From Salpingoeca rosetta (taxonomy: Eukaryota; Protista; Choanoflagellata), in contig JAWQFM010000009.1 in assembly GCA_033442325.1 (NCBI GenBank), forward strand, positions 1,591,672-1,655,671: a DNA stretch of 64,000 nt, in the 5' to 3' direction. The notes beneath the pieces were generated by a model. The model saw nothing but the letters and a program-made list of their open reading frames with translations, ran no database searches and was not told where the DNA came from. The first letter of the stretch is position 1, and each line of letters begins with the position of its first letter. A program made the position numbers and the translations under genes. Shown piece after piece: positions 49,104 to 60,765 of the stretch.

Positions 49104-49330
49104 CTGACACTACGTAAACTACGCAAACTGTGCAAACTGTTGTCGCTTTATTGAAACATTAAAGTATGCAACGCAGTGTGTTACAGCCATAACTGAGCGA
49201 CGTCAAATGATTTGGCACCCGCCAGCATCCCCTACCGCCACGACCAAGCAACGATGCATGCATGCAAACACACACATCCACACACAGACGCACGCACACA
49301 CACACATCCACACACATCCAAACACACACG

Positions 49331-49409
<79 letters not shown>

Positions 49410-49446
49410 ACACACACACACACACACACACCAACCACCGCCACGA

Positions 49447-50168
49447 TCACGACGCTGGTGGCCCGCGGCTCCGCTCAGGGAGATTCCACACGCGCGTGTG
49501 CTCGTCATGCTCCACCGCCTCCTCAACCATCACGTGGTGCCGGCACACCGTCATGGTGAACACGTTTGGCGAAACAGGCCTGAGCGCGTGCAGCAGCCGC
49601 TGCCCCTCTGCGCCTTGAAACGGCGCAATGTGCACCCGCGTCATGGTGTGTGTCTGGTGGTGAAAGGCGGCCCACGTCGCCACCGCCAGCTCGTCCAGCA
49701 GCAACAGCGGCGGGTGGGCGCAGCCCGTGCCCGTATCCGCAAAGAAGCACATGCGACGCGAGCGGCCAGGGTAGTCCCCTGCAGCGCGCTGGTAACATGC
49801 GCGCGTGACAGGGTGCATGAGGTCGAGGTGCGGCTCCCGGAACAAGAGCTCAAGCCCAGCCTGCAAGCACTCCTCGCGAAACGTACCCGTACGGCCGCCA
49901 ATCAACAGCTCAAGGCCCTGCGCATCAGCAAGACAGATGACAGCAGAGCCGTGATCGCGAACGACCCACATGGGCGCGGAGGGCATGTAGGCGGCAGGAC
50001 GGGTGGCGCGGTGCGTGCTCTGGAAGGTGAGGCTGTCGTCAAGATGGATCGTGAGCCAGTGCTGCGGCCAGTGCCCGACCATCAGCTGCAGGGTGGTGTC
50101 TGGCGCCAGGGCATCGCGCATGGGCACGTGGCGACAGACCACGGGCGGGCCAGACAGCACCGATGAGA
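49447..50168 (-). CDS. Last exon (~239 codons) of an uncharacterised protein; upstream exons probably at ~50415-50482, ~50648-50766, ~50970-51028
   Basis: Long non-repetitive GC-rich open frame after a pyrimidine-rich CAG acceptor ([16 protein letters not shown]...[14 protein letters not shown]), flanked by microsatellite DNA. No family recognised. Confidence 0.55.
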
Positions 50169-50239
50169 CTGCAAGGGAGAAGGGGGGGGGGGTGGGAGAG
50201 CAAGTGTCAATAACAGTGTGAGTGAGTGTGAGTGAGTTT

Positions 50240-50271
<32 letters not shown>

Positions 50272-50273
50272 AG

Positions 50274-50323
<50 letters not shown>

Positions 50324-50800
50324 CAGTGAGTGGGTGATGATGTGGGGAGGGTACAGTCGTGATTGCATGCATGCAGACGCACAAAAATGTTGTGCGCGTT
50401 GACATGGCGCACCTCTGACGCTTGATGGATTGAGGGAAGAGGAACGCTGGTTCTTGTCTTCCTCGACTGCACGTTGTGGTGCTGATGTAAACGCAGGCCG
50501 CAGACAGAGACAGAAAGGCAGATACACAGAAGCAGAGGAACAATGTGAGAGATGGGGGTGATGATGATAATAGACGAGGCAACAGTCAATTAATTTACCC
50601 AGGAGTGCACGTCATGTTCATACATGCCCATGTGCATTGTTCGCTCACATGTAGCACGCTGCATTGCTGGGCGGCTGTCAAGACGGTATGACGTGACAGG
50701 TGACAGTGCGTCTCCTAAGCCCCTATGAGGTACAGCACACCAGGGACGGCAGGGGAAACAAACTGGCTGCAATGAATGTGCTGGTCTGGCTTATGTTTCG

Positions 50801-50855
<55 letters not shown>

Positions 50856-51404
50856 TTGTTGCTGTTGCGGTTTCAGTCGAGCAGCAACGCGACGCAGGAC
50901 CGGCAGTGCATTGCTTCAGTCACAGCCGTGTGCTCACACATGAGTGAAAAAAAAAATGTTCAAATCACCCGGACACAATCGTGTGTTGGGGATCGACACG
51001 CCAGGCCATACGTTGGGAAAGCAATGCTGCAATGTGGGTGCGCCAAAGAAAGAAAAAAGAAGAAAACAAAAAAGGAGCAGACACAGGCAGTGATTCGTCC
51101 GTGTGTGTGTGTGTGTGTGCATGTTAGTGTTCGTGCGTGTGTGTGAGCATGTGTGTGCATGTTAGTGTGCGTGCGTGTGTGTGTGCATGTGTCTGTGTCT
51201 GTGCTTTTGTCTGTGCGTGTGTGTGTGTGTGTTTGGGTGCGTGATAACCACCAACGACAGAGGAGAACAGCCAGAGCACGCACAAACAGCAGGACAGCAC
51301 GCACACATGTACACATACGTGTCAGAGGCACAGCAGCCAACCACAGGGAATAAATCTCACCACAGCAGCGCCCGGGGAGCTGAGGCAACCCACTCTACGA
51401 GGCA

Positions 51405-53003
51405 TTACGCATGGTTGTACTTGGCACTGCGCAGTTCGATGACATGGAACACAACACAAGCCATCTGCGCAGGTAATGCATGTATGTGGGTGCTTGTGGG
51501 TATTTGTGAGTGGGGGAGAATGTGCGTGTCCTCGTGCGTATGTGTGTGTGAGTGAGTGAGTGAGAGTGTGTGTGTGTATGAGTGAGTGAGTGAGTGTGTG
51601 TGTGTGTGTGTGTCTGCGTGTGGGCGCTGGGATATGCGCGCACATGCGTGGTTAGTTGCACAAAGTGGCCAGTTGGGGGTACGGAACCACATGCATCGAG
51701 GGTGACTGAGAGGACGCACCAAGAAGAAAAGAAGAGCGAGCGTGGATGCGCTGTCTGCACTTCTGTGTTCACACACGATGGGAAAAAGCACGTGACCACC
51801 ATTGCCTGATACTTGTGAGTGTGCCATGCCACAGCAGCCACACACCACACACACACGCAGAGCAACGACGCGGGGGAAGAACAGCGAGCAGCACTCACTC
51901 ACCACTCACAATTGCACACAGTTCCCATGTAAACCCGTACACACATACACGCGCGCGCTCGCACTCATGCGCCCTCTCCTTTCCCTGAGCAGCGCATCGT
52001 CACGCATGCATGGTTCGGAAGTGTCCGTGTCATCAGACCTTGGTTCACTTCAAAGACGTCTGGGCGGCAACATCACAACGAAAAAAAGGAAGGAAGGCCT
52101 CCTTGGCCTGCCCTTACACTCTTTTTTGCTCTGCGTCCATTCCATCCATTGCGGATCGTTGCTGGCCGTGGACCACTTCAACCTGTCTGTAAGCAAGGGT
52201 GGGAGACAGCAGGGAACAAGGAAGAAGGAAGGATCAGTGAGCAAGGTGGTGGTTGGTTGGTGTTGTGGATTGTTGGGTGGCGGTTACTGAAAATTGATCC
52301 ATGACGTTCCCAATCATCGGCACTGATGCCCTCACCCTTGACCCAGAAGCAGGAAACACCTTAACACTCCTCTCCTACACTCCCTCCTCACTCACTGGCT
52401 CACTCCAGCCACCCTCGTGCTTGACTCCCAACGTCTGATAGATCTCCTTTGCTTCTGCCGTGCACCCTGTGGTCGTGGGATTGACCAATTATTACGCAAT
52501 TTATAGGAGCAGAGCAACTTCGTATCAACAGTTAGAACAACACCGGATTACTCAATCAATTACAAGTACAAGGAAGGAACTGAAGTACGATTACGGAACT
52601 TAGCAAGGGAGCACAGTGAAGCGCAGCGAATAGCTAGCTCGTCCAATGGCCACTTCAAGGCACAAGCACTGCCACAGGCGTGTGTCTGTCTGCATGGCCA
52701 TGAGGTGCACGCACACACCACATAAACACAGATTCACACGCATGCACACGCACCTACACACGCCCACGTACTCGCACACACGCGCACGCACACACACATA
52801 CTCGTACACACGCACACACACACACACGCACACGTAAACTCAGCAACAACAACCCAAAACACGCAGAGAACAAAGCCATAGGCGAAGCAGACAGCAAACG
52901 CAAAAACGAAAGTGCCGCCCGGCTGGCTAGGGTGGCCGGTTGTGCGAGTAGCGGCAGTTGCAGAAATGGGTGAACTTGCTGCACAGCAAGCAGAAGCCGA
53001 CAT
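51405..53003 (-). CDS. Putative spliced gene for an unknown membrane protein (hand-built model); may continue to the 49447-50168 exon
   Basis: Phase-compatible stop-free exons 53003-52834, 52668-52595, 52466-52396, 52336-52288, 52186-52118, 52059-52039, 51805-51720, 51464-51405 give a hydrophobic N-terminal segment, ...CTAEAKEIYQTLGVKHEGGWSEPGEGISADDWERHGSIFNRLKWSTASNDPQWMEWTQSKKEYVFEVNQG..., then a TM-like STLALLFFLMACVVFHVI. Some splice sites are weak. Confidence 0.38.
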
Positions 53004-53283
53004 CGCGTAGCTCAGCGGCAAGCTGTTCGAACAGGAGAGCCAGCAGGTCCTCGCTGCCGTCGATGTTGATGCGCGCCAGCAAGTTGATCACCCGGTACAG
53101 CTGTCCCCGAGTGCCACTCCGAAGATTGCGCTCCAAGCGTTGCCTAAGCCTCTCCAATTCACGGACTGCCACACGTATCAACTCCTGCGCCTGCTCGCGT
53201 GTGATGCCGTGTATGTCGGGGCAAAACGGGCTCATGCAATGCCGTCCATTCCCGCTCTTCACGCGCTTTGGTGGTGATGACAT
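52927..53283 (-). CDS. Small intronless Cys/His-rich protein, family member A (118 aa)
   Basis: Non-repetitive ORF with PPKRVK (NLS-like), HCMSPFCPDIH, an amphipathic helical core and GFCLLCSKFTHFCNCRY. Aligns by eye with members B and C. Confidence 0.7.
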   Translation of the reverse strand: MSSPPKRVKSGNGRHCMSPFCPDIHGITREQAQELIRVAVRELERLRQRLERNLRSGTRGQLYRVINLLARINIDGSEDLLALLFEQLAAELRDVGFCLLCSKFTHFCNCRYSHNRPP

Positions 53284-53850
53284 GTCAGCGTCTGCTGAGG
53301 GTGCTGCGCCTGAGAAGACTGCTGAGGCCGCTGATATGGTCGAGACTGCTCAGGCTGCTGCGGTTGGCGCGTTCCTCGCCACAGTGGGCTGAGTAGTGTG
53401 CTGGGGAACAAGGGCCGTGACGGTGGGGGCGACGAAGTATTGGTATTGGGGTTGCTGGCTTGGCTGGCTTGCTTCAACTGGTCGTGTGGCGGTCTGTCAG
53501 GCTGATGCAACGCGGTGTGCTGCTGGGCACAAGAAATGGATAACTAAGGCATGGCAGCTGCGCATGTGCACACGTCCCTGCTCGCGTGGCGCATGATCAC
53601 GTGGCACCTGCACGTGTCAACGTGCACATGGCCAGTCGGTGGGTTCACACACCATGCGCCCATGCGACAAACGACAAAAGGACAGCCGCACGCGACAAGA
53701 AAAAACACGTGGGTTTCGAATTTTTGTGACGACACCAGCACTTTATTTATTGATGATGTCACAACTGTAGAAGACAACATTGCACAATGCCCACAGCAGT
53801 GTTTGTATGCATGGATATGTGTACGTGTGTATGTATGGTGTGTGGATGCA

Positions 53851-56044
53851 TCAAGACAATAACTGGTGCATCACATCCCTGCTGATGGTGGGTTCTGATG
53901 CATGCCACGCTTCAAGATACGCCTGCAAGGGCGGTGTGTGTGTTCATGTGTGTGTGTTTGTGTGCGAATGATATGGGAACGTGGACAAGTCAATGTGTGA
54001 GCACATGTGTGTGTAATTTACGTGTGCAGTACAAGAGCGCACGTTGCTGATTCGCTTTCTGATGTGATTGTGCATGACAAGCCCAGCTGGTTTGTTTGCT
54101 TGCTTGCTTGGTTGTGACGATCCACATCAATCGTGGTGTGTTGTGACACACGCACCATCGCAACCAACCATGTCCCCCTCAAACACAGACACACACGCAC
54201 ACGCACACGCACACACACAGACACAACCTTGGAGAGGAGCTGGTGGATGCGAGCGCCTGAGAAGCCGCTGGTCTGCTGCACCAGCCACTCCACATCCTCT
54301 TTCTGCCACCGCACGAAACAGGGAGGGAGGGCAAGGGGGTTCATGTGAACACATCAAGTACACGTCATTATCATCGCCGTCGTCATCAGCAGCAGCAGCA
54401 CCAGCAGCACCAACAACAACTTAANNNNNNNNNNNNNNNNNNNNNNNNNNNNNNNNNNNNNNNNNNNNNNNNNNNNNNNNNNNNNNNNNNNNNNNNNNNN
54501 NNNNNNNNNNNNNNNNNNNNNNNNNNNNNNNNNNNNNNNNNNNNNNNNNNNNNNNNNNNNNNNNNNNNNNNNNNNNNNNNNNNNNNNNNNNNNNNNNNNN
54601 NNNNNNNNNNNNNNNNNNNNNNNNNNNNNNNNNNNNNNNNNNNNNNNNNNNNNNNNNNNNNNNNNNNNNNNNNNNNNNNNNNNNNNNNNNNNNNNNNNNN
54701 NNNNNNNNNNNNNNNNNNNNNNNNNNNNNNNNNNNNNNNNNNNNNNNNNNNNNNNNNNNNNNNNNNNNNNNNNNNNNNNNNNNNNNNNNNNNNNNNNNNN
54801 NNNNNNNNNNNNNNNNNNNNNNNNNNNNNNNNNNNNNNNNNNNNNNNNNNNNNNNNNNNNNNNNNNNNNNNNNNNNNNNNNNNNNNNNNNNNNNNNNNNN
54901 NNNNNNNNNNNNNNNNNNNNNNNNNNNNNNNNNNNNNNNNNNNNNNNNNNNNNNNNNNNNNNNNNNNNNNNNNNNNNNNNNNNNNNNNNNNNNNNNNNNN
55001 NNNNNNNNNNNNNNNNNNNNNNNNNNNNNNNNNNNNNNNNNNNNNNNNNNNNNNNNNNNNNNNNNNNNNNNNNNNNNNNNNNNNNNNNNNNNNNNNNNNN
55101 NNNNNNNNNNNNNNNGGCCTGCCCGAGCGCAGCTTGCAGCAATCAAGACACAAAAGCACACACACACACACACACAACCACACACACACACGCACGCACA
55201 CACAACCACACACACACACATACCCCGTACCTGCTGTGTGCTGCGGCGGCCCTGGTTGGCGCAAAGGCGTCGATGCCGTCAAAGAGAACAACAGACGGGC
55301 GGGCGCTGCGGGCAGAGGAAAACAGGCGCCGTATGTTCTCCTCCGTCTCCCCGAGATACTTGCTGAACACGTCCGTCGCCTGACACAGCACACACACACA
55401 GTCATGGCGCGTGAGCAGAGGCAACATCAAGCGCGTGCACGGAGTGTAAACAATTACAGGCAAACACAGGCGCAGCATATGCAGGCGTGCACAAATACAA
55501 ACCCGCGTACCCGCGCGTACCCGCGCGTAACCACCACACACACACACACACACCAACATACACCATGCAGCACGTACGGAAACGGCAAAGACGGGGAGGT
55601 TGAGGCGGTTGATGATGGTGAGGGCGAGCAGGGTCTTGCCGCAGCCTGGGGGCCCATGCAGCAGCAGCCCCGACGGCGGCGTCAGCCCAAGCGCCTGCAA
55701 CGACCCTCGCCGCCAGCTCTCAACAACAGCCATCACCCGCGCGTGCGTGCTCTGGTAACCGGCAAACGCGCAGGGCGGCACGGTGTTGCGGCTCGGGTGC
55801 AGCAGCGGCGCCCACTGCGACGACGACGACGACGACGATGATGGTGGTGGTGGTGTGCAGGTCAACAGGGGTGGCAACCGTGACGACGATGGCGGTGCTG
55901 GTGCTCCGTGCTGTTGCTGCTGTGGTGGTGGTGGCGGCGGCGGTGGTCGTAGGTCGATGCGGGTGTCAAAGTATGGCGGACTGAGCAGCGCACGTGCCAC
56001 CAGCCCTGGGCGACGACACGTGCCGATCACAGCAACCTGCACAT

Positions 56045-56089
<45 letters not shown>

Positions 56090-56305
56090 TGTGCTTTGGG
56101 ATGTCGCCTAGCATGGCGTGACAAGCCACACGCGTCTGCGCCGCTGCGTGAGCAATGGTGGTCAACATACGTTATTGGCGAGGGCTGTGTCGATGAGCTG
56201 CAGAACAGCCTGCAGCAAGTTGTGCTTCCATTTCAGCGTGTCCACGTTGTCCAGCACTGAAGTTGTTCAGCGTCATGGGTAGTGCGCGTTAAGCTGAACA
56301 CACAC

Positions 56306-56357
<52 letters not shown>

Positions 56358-56885
56358 ACACACACACACAAAACATTGTCTGACCGAGCAGCTGCGGTGA
56401 TGATGGTGTGCCATGTGCTGGTGGTTGTGCTGTCGACAAGGATGCTTCCAGCTCGCCCTTTGCACGATCTAGTTCCTGCAAACACACACAGAATGATGCA
56501 ATCATGTGAGCGTGAGCGTGGGCAAACGACGAAGCAAGGTTGCGCACACGCAGTGCACGCAGCTCATGCAGGCGCAAATGGATGAGGACGACGCAGATGA
56601 TGGTGCATACCGAAACCGTGCGAGGCCAGTTTGCAGCATCTTCAAACTTGTTCAGCAGCTGCAGGCGGCGCACACGCCATGATGGCGTGGATGCCATCAA
56701 CTCCTCAACGAGTCTCGTCTGCACAGTGCCAACAACACAGGCAAAGGGAAGCAGCGACGTGAACAAGTGAGGTTGCATTATGATGTGCAACAACAACGTC
56801 AACAAAAAGGTTTAGCAAAAGCAGACAACGCACGCCAAGAAACACACACATACACACACATACGCACACACATACGCACACACAT

Positions 56886-56970
<85 letters not shown>

Positions 56971-57045
56971 TGAGACCTTGCCACTGTGTCGTGGTCCGGC
57001 CAGCAGCGTGCAGCATGGCACTGGCCTTTGTATTCTTCTTCTTCT

Positions 57046-57093
<48 letters not shown>

Positions 57094-57396
57094 ACCACTA
57101 CTACTGCTGCTCCCTGCCTTCTTCTTAGATGCATCTTCTTCGCCCTTGTCCACATTGCTCTCCTTCCCCCCAGTCGATTCCACTGATGCCACTGTTTCTT
57201 CTGGCTCATCCTCAATCACCGCCCCCAGTACCACCACCCTTGTCCTCAACTGTTGCAGCAACGCCTCTCGCTGCTGCTCCTGCTGTTGCAACTGCTGCTC
57301 CTGCTCCTGCTGTTGCTGCAGATCATCACTGCGGCCATGACCGCCACTGCCACCACTGCGACCGCTGCCGTCGTCCTCGTGTGGCTTCATCATCAT
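53851..57396 (-). CDS. CDC48/SPATA5-like double-AAA protein with degenerate Walker B motifs (spans gap 54425-55115)
   Basis: D1: LLAGPRHSGK|T, LLVLDNVD, VAVIGTCRRPGLVARALLSPPYFD. D2: LGLTPPSGLLLHGPPGCGKTLLA, VFSKYLGETEENIRRLFSSARSARPSVVLFDGIDA, QTSGFSGARI. Last exon AYLEAWHASEPTISRDVMHQLLS*. Confidence 0.82.
54425..55115. other. Assembly gap (N run); the other gaps are 18652-18751 and 45580-45721
   Basis: Runs of N. Confidence 1.
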
Positions 57397-57460
57397 CCTC
57401 TGTGTCGTGTCGGATATGCTTGAACAGCACAATTTTCTTCCCCTTTGCAACCGAGTGTTG

Positions 57461-57532
57461 GGGCCCATAGCTCAGTGGTAGAGCGCGTGCTTTGCATGCA
57501 CGATGTCCCGGGTTCAATCCCCGGTGGGTCCA
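57461..57532 (+). tRNA. tRNA-Ala, anticodon TGC
   Basis: GGGCCCA/TGGGTCC acceptor stem with G3:U70, A-box TAGCTCAGTGG, anticodon arm CGTGC-TT-TGC-AT-GCACG, B-box GGTTCAATCCC, discriminator A. Confidence 0.97.
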
Positions 57533-57533
57533 C

Positions 57534-57538
57534 TTTTT
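57534..57538 (+). terminator. RNA polymerase III terminator (T5) of the tRNA-Ala gene
   Basis: TTTTT two bases after the discriminator, followed by another T run. Confidence 0.75.
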
Positions 57539-57984
57539 GTTTTTCTTCTTCATTCATGCTCAGCCGTGTTGTGTTGCTTCTGCAATCACATCAACTGCGC
57601 ACTCACAACTTCCAGCAACCATGCAGCGCACCATGCACAACTTCCAGCGCAGCAGCCTCTCCCTTTGAGCACAATAACTGCTGCGTGTGATGCTGTTGTG
57701 ATGCTGCTGTGATGGGATGTGAGACAAGCACCATTGACCAAACCCGGCGCCACGCACTCCCAGAAGTCGCCCCCTCTCGTGTTTGACTCGCCCAACGCCC
57801 ACACAAGCACACAAGCGCGCACATTGGCAGTGCAGCGTGTTGTTGCACTGCAGCTCAGCTGCTTCCAGCCAACAACCCATCCTTTTCCCAATCCCCTGTC
57901 CACGCTCGTTCACACACACACACACGCACACACACACACACGCACACACACATACACACACACATACACACACACACACGCAGC

Positions 57985-59700
57985 ATGAAGTTCTTCAGCC
58001 ATGATCTGGCTGTGCTGTGTGGGGTCGTGTGCCTGCCCATCGGCTGCATGATTGTCGGCTCCCTCACCGCCTATTTCTACGCGCCTGGGCGCCGCGTGCG
58101 CTGCTGCTTCGGCTCCTTGGCCGCAGGCTTGCTGGTGGCCTCGCTCTTCTTCGAGCTGGTCCCGCTGGCAACCAAGAGCCTGGACACGCCGCACGCCGTC
58201 GCCGTCGTCGTTGGCCTGGCCGTGGCCGGCGGTATGGTGATCATCCTCGACGTCGCCGAGGACCGCATCGCGCAGGCGCATGAGAGGGCGCAGGACGAGC
58301 GCCGGCGCCAGCAGCGCGAGCGGAGGGAGAGGCAGCTGCAGAACCTCCTGGAGAAGCAGCAGCAGCCCCGTCCTGCAGAACCCAGCAAGACCAGCAGTGC
58401 CAGCCATGCAGCGCCCAACGGCAAACCTCACACTACAGCAACCACAAGCGCCGCCATGGGCGAACGTGATGCAGCACACGCCAAGGCACACGACTACGAC
58501 GCACAGCTCAACAACACCAACAACCTGACGCACCCGCAACATCAGCCACCTGCTGAGTCACCCAGCGTCAATGCGCCAGGTGGCATGCCATACTCTCGGT
58601 TTCCGTTTGCAGACATGGGCCAGCACACGCCCTCGATGCTCATGGTGGCGCCGCCGTCGCTGTCAACATCATCCCCATCAGCATCATCGCCTTCGCCTTC
58701 GACCCCGGGAACACCTTTGACCCCGCCGCATGCGCGTGCAGACAATGACAACACGCCACCATCATCGGCACCTCTGTTAGCGTCCTCGTCACCACCACGA
58801 CCACCGCCAGCATCATCTCAAGGAACACAACCAACATCGCACCCAACATCACAACCAGCGTCACAGCCACAGCTGCCTTCTCACACAACGGATCACAGCC
58901 GTGCGTGGTCCACAGCGTCGCCGTCGGGTCAGCGCCGTCACCACCACCCGCGCTGTGTGCGCGGCGGTCGCAGGCGGCGCAGGCGTGTGGGCAGCGACAA
59001 TGCCGACGATGCAGAGCAGCAGCCGCTGTTGACAGATGCAAGCAGCGTGTACAGCGCCGCAACCATCAACAACCCGCCCATCGAGTATCTGGCTGGCGAG
59101 CACTCGCTTGCGGAGAGCATTGACGCCGGCGTGTGGGACGGGCGGCGGCCGCTGCGCCTGCGCCGCACCACCTCTGCTCCGCCGGCCCCGCTGCCCGTGT
59201 CGCGGCGACGGCGCCTGCCGCACCCGGGGACGGGCGACTTCCCGCTGGGTGCCGCGGTGCTCATCGCGCTGGACGGAATGAGCGACGGGCTGGTCATTGG
59301 CGTGACCTCGTCCCTCACCCTGACGCAGGGTCTGGTGGTGAGCGGCTCGCTGGCCATGGAGATGTGCATCACGGGCGCAGCGCTCTCCAGCATCTTGTAC
59401 AAGCACGGCGTGCAGCGGCGGGTGGCTGTCCCGTGCCTGGTTGCCATCCCCTTCACCATGCTCCTTGGTGCGTGGCTTGGGCGCGCCGTCATCCTTGCCA
59501 TCTCCCGCTCGTCGGCTATCTTCTCTGGCATTGTTGCCTTCACCGTGGGCCAGATCACATACCTCGCCACGACGCAGCTCTACTCCGACTCGTATCAGGA
59601 GGCCAAGGCCGGCAGCTCCGCCCTTGCGCGCGCGTGCGCAGCCTTCTTCTTTGGCGGCCTCATCGCCGGCTTTTGCATGAACACGTTTCTTCCCGAATGA
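57985..59700 (+). CDS. Intronless ZIP (SLC39/ZupT-like) metal transporter with very long TM3-TM4 loop (571 aa)
   Basis: 3+5 TM topology. TM2 SLAAGLLVASLFFELVP, TM4 LIALDGMSDGLVIGV, TM5 SLAMEMCITG, TM7 AFTVGQITYLATTQL, TM8 AFFFGGL. Confidence 0.82.
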   Translation: MKFFSHDLAVLCGVVCLPIGCMIVGSLTAYFYAPGRRVRCCFGSLAAGLLVASLFFELVPLATKSLDTPHAVAVVVGLAVAGGMVIILDVAEDRIAQAHERAQDERRRQQRERRERQLQNLLEKQQQPRPAEPSKTSSASHAAPNGKPHTTATTSAAMGERDAAHAKAHDYDAQLNNTNNLTHPQHQPPAESPSVNAPGGMPYSRFPFADMGQHTPSMLMVAPPSLSTSSPSASSPSPSTPGTPLTPPHARADNDNTPPSSAPLLASSSPPRPPPASSQGTQPTSHPTSQPASQPQLPSHTTDHSRAWSTASPSGQRRHHHPRCVRGGRRRRRRVGSDNADDAEQQPLLTDASSVYSAATINNPPIEYLAGEHSLAESIDAGVWDGRRPLRLRRTTSAPPAPLPVSRRRRLPHPGTGDFPLGAAVLIALDGMSDGLVIGVTSSLTLTQGLVVSGSLAMEMCITGAALSSILYKHGVQRRVAVPCLVAIPFTMLLGAWLGRAVILAISRSSAIFSGIVAFTVGQITYLATTQLYSDSYQEAKAGSSALARACAAFFFGGLIAGFCMNTFLPE

Positions 59701-59767
59701 AACAGACGCGCGGTCGTGTGTCTGTGTGTGTGTCTGTGTGTGTTTGTGTGTGTTGGGCATGTGTGTA

Positions 59768-59817
<50 letters not shown>

Positions 59818-60414
59818 TGTGTGTGTGTGTGTGTGTGTGTGTTGTGTCGTGCACATGTATGGATGCACCCCGTGCGCGTGTGCGTGTTGGATCCTTGGAT
59901 GATGCCCTCATATCCTGACAGCGCTGACCGTCGTGCACTGTATCGTTGGCGTGAACTTCGTGCGGCCATCCCTTGGTCTGTGCCAGACCGTTGATTTCCC
60001 CCTTTCACTGTCGCGCAACGACGTGTCCGTCCACCCACGCATGTTGTTGTGTTGCTGTGTATTTGTCGTCTCGCCCACCCCCTGTTCCTCCGGCACGGCT
60101 TTGCACGGTGTGGGCCGTTTGACTTGGGATACGAAAGCACTTCGTTTACTTGGTTCACTTGATATTCAATGTGCAATGTGATGTGAGCGGGTGCTCGTGC
60201 CAATCCATGTAAACGGACTTGATGCGCAGAGACACCAGACACGCAAGCATGCACGTGTGTTGAGCAGGCAGACATGAGGGAGGGGCATCAACAAAAGGGA
60301 ACAGCCCCAAGGTACGGTACTGGATAGGGTGGACACCGTAAGTAAGAGGCACCCTTGCCAGGAAAGGCACAGCAGTCTCCCAAACTTGATGCAAGGGTCG
60401 CTTGTCGCCAGACG

Positions 60415-60765
60415 TCATGATGACGGCCTTGGAAGAGGGTTGCGGCGATAGCAGCACTCACAAGCGTTGACCAGACAGAAGCAAAACACACAGAATCCCT
60501 CAGCCATCAGTCGGTCCAGTGCATTGACGGTCAGAGAAGCACGGTGCAATTGGCGATACACTGAAAGAGCAATCACTGCTTTCCTGTCACTTGGGTTTCG
60601 CGCCACTACAGCTCCAACGGTTTCACAGCATTGTCGCAGGTGCTCCTGTGCTCTTGGTAAGCACTGGATCAGCTCCCTGTCTGTCATCTTGCAGAACTCG
60701 GGGCAGAACTGGGCGGTGCAGCATTTGCCAGGACCAAGCCGGGGGCACGGATAAGGGCGCGACAT
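60415..60765 (-). CDS. Small intronless Cys-rich protein, family member B (116 aa)
   Basis: MSRPYPCPRLGPGKCCTAQFCPEFC...LPRAQEHLRQCCETVGAVVARN...GFCVFCFCLVNACECCYRRNPLP. Shares both terminal motifs with member A. Confidence 0.7.
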   Translation of the reverse strand: MSRPYPCPRLGPGKCCTAQFCPEFCKMTDRELIQCLPRAQEHLRQCCETVGAVVARNPSDRKAVIALSVYRQLHRASLTVNALDRLMAEGFCVFCFCLVNACECCYRRNPLPRPSS

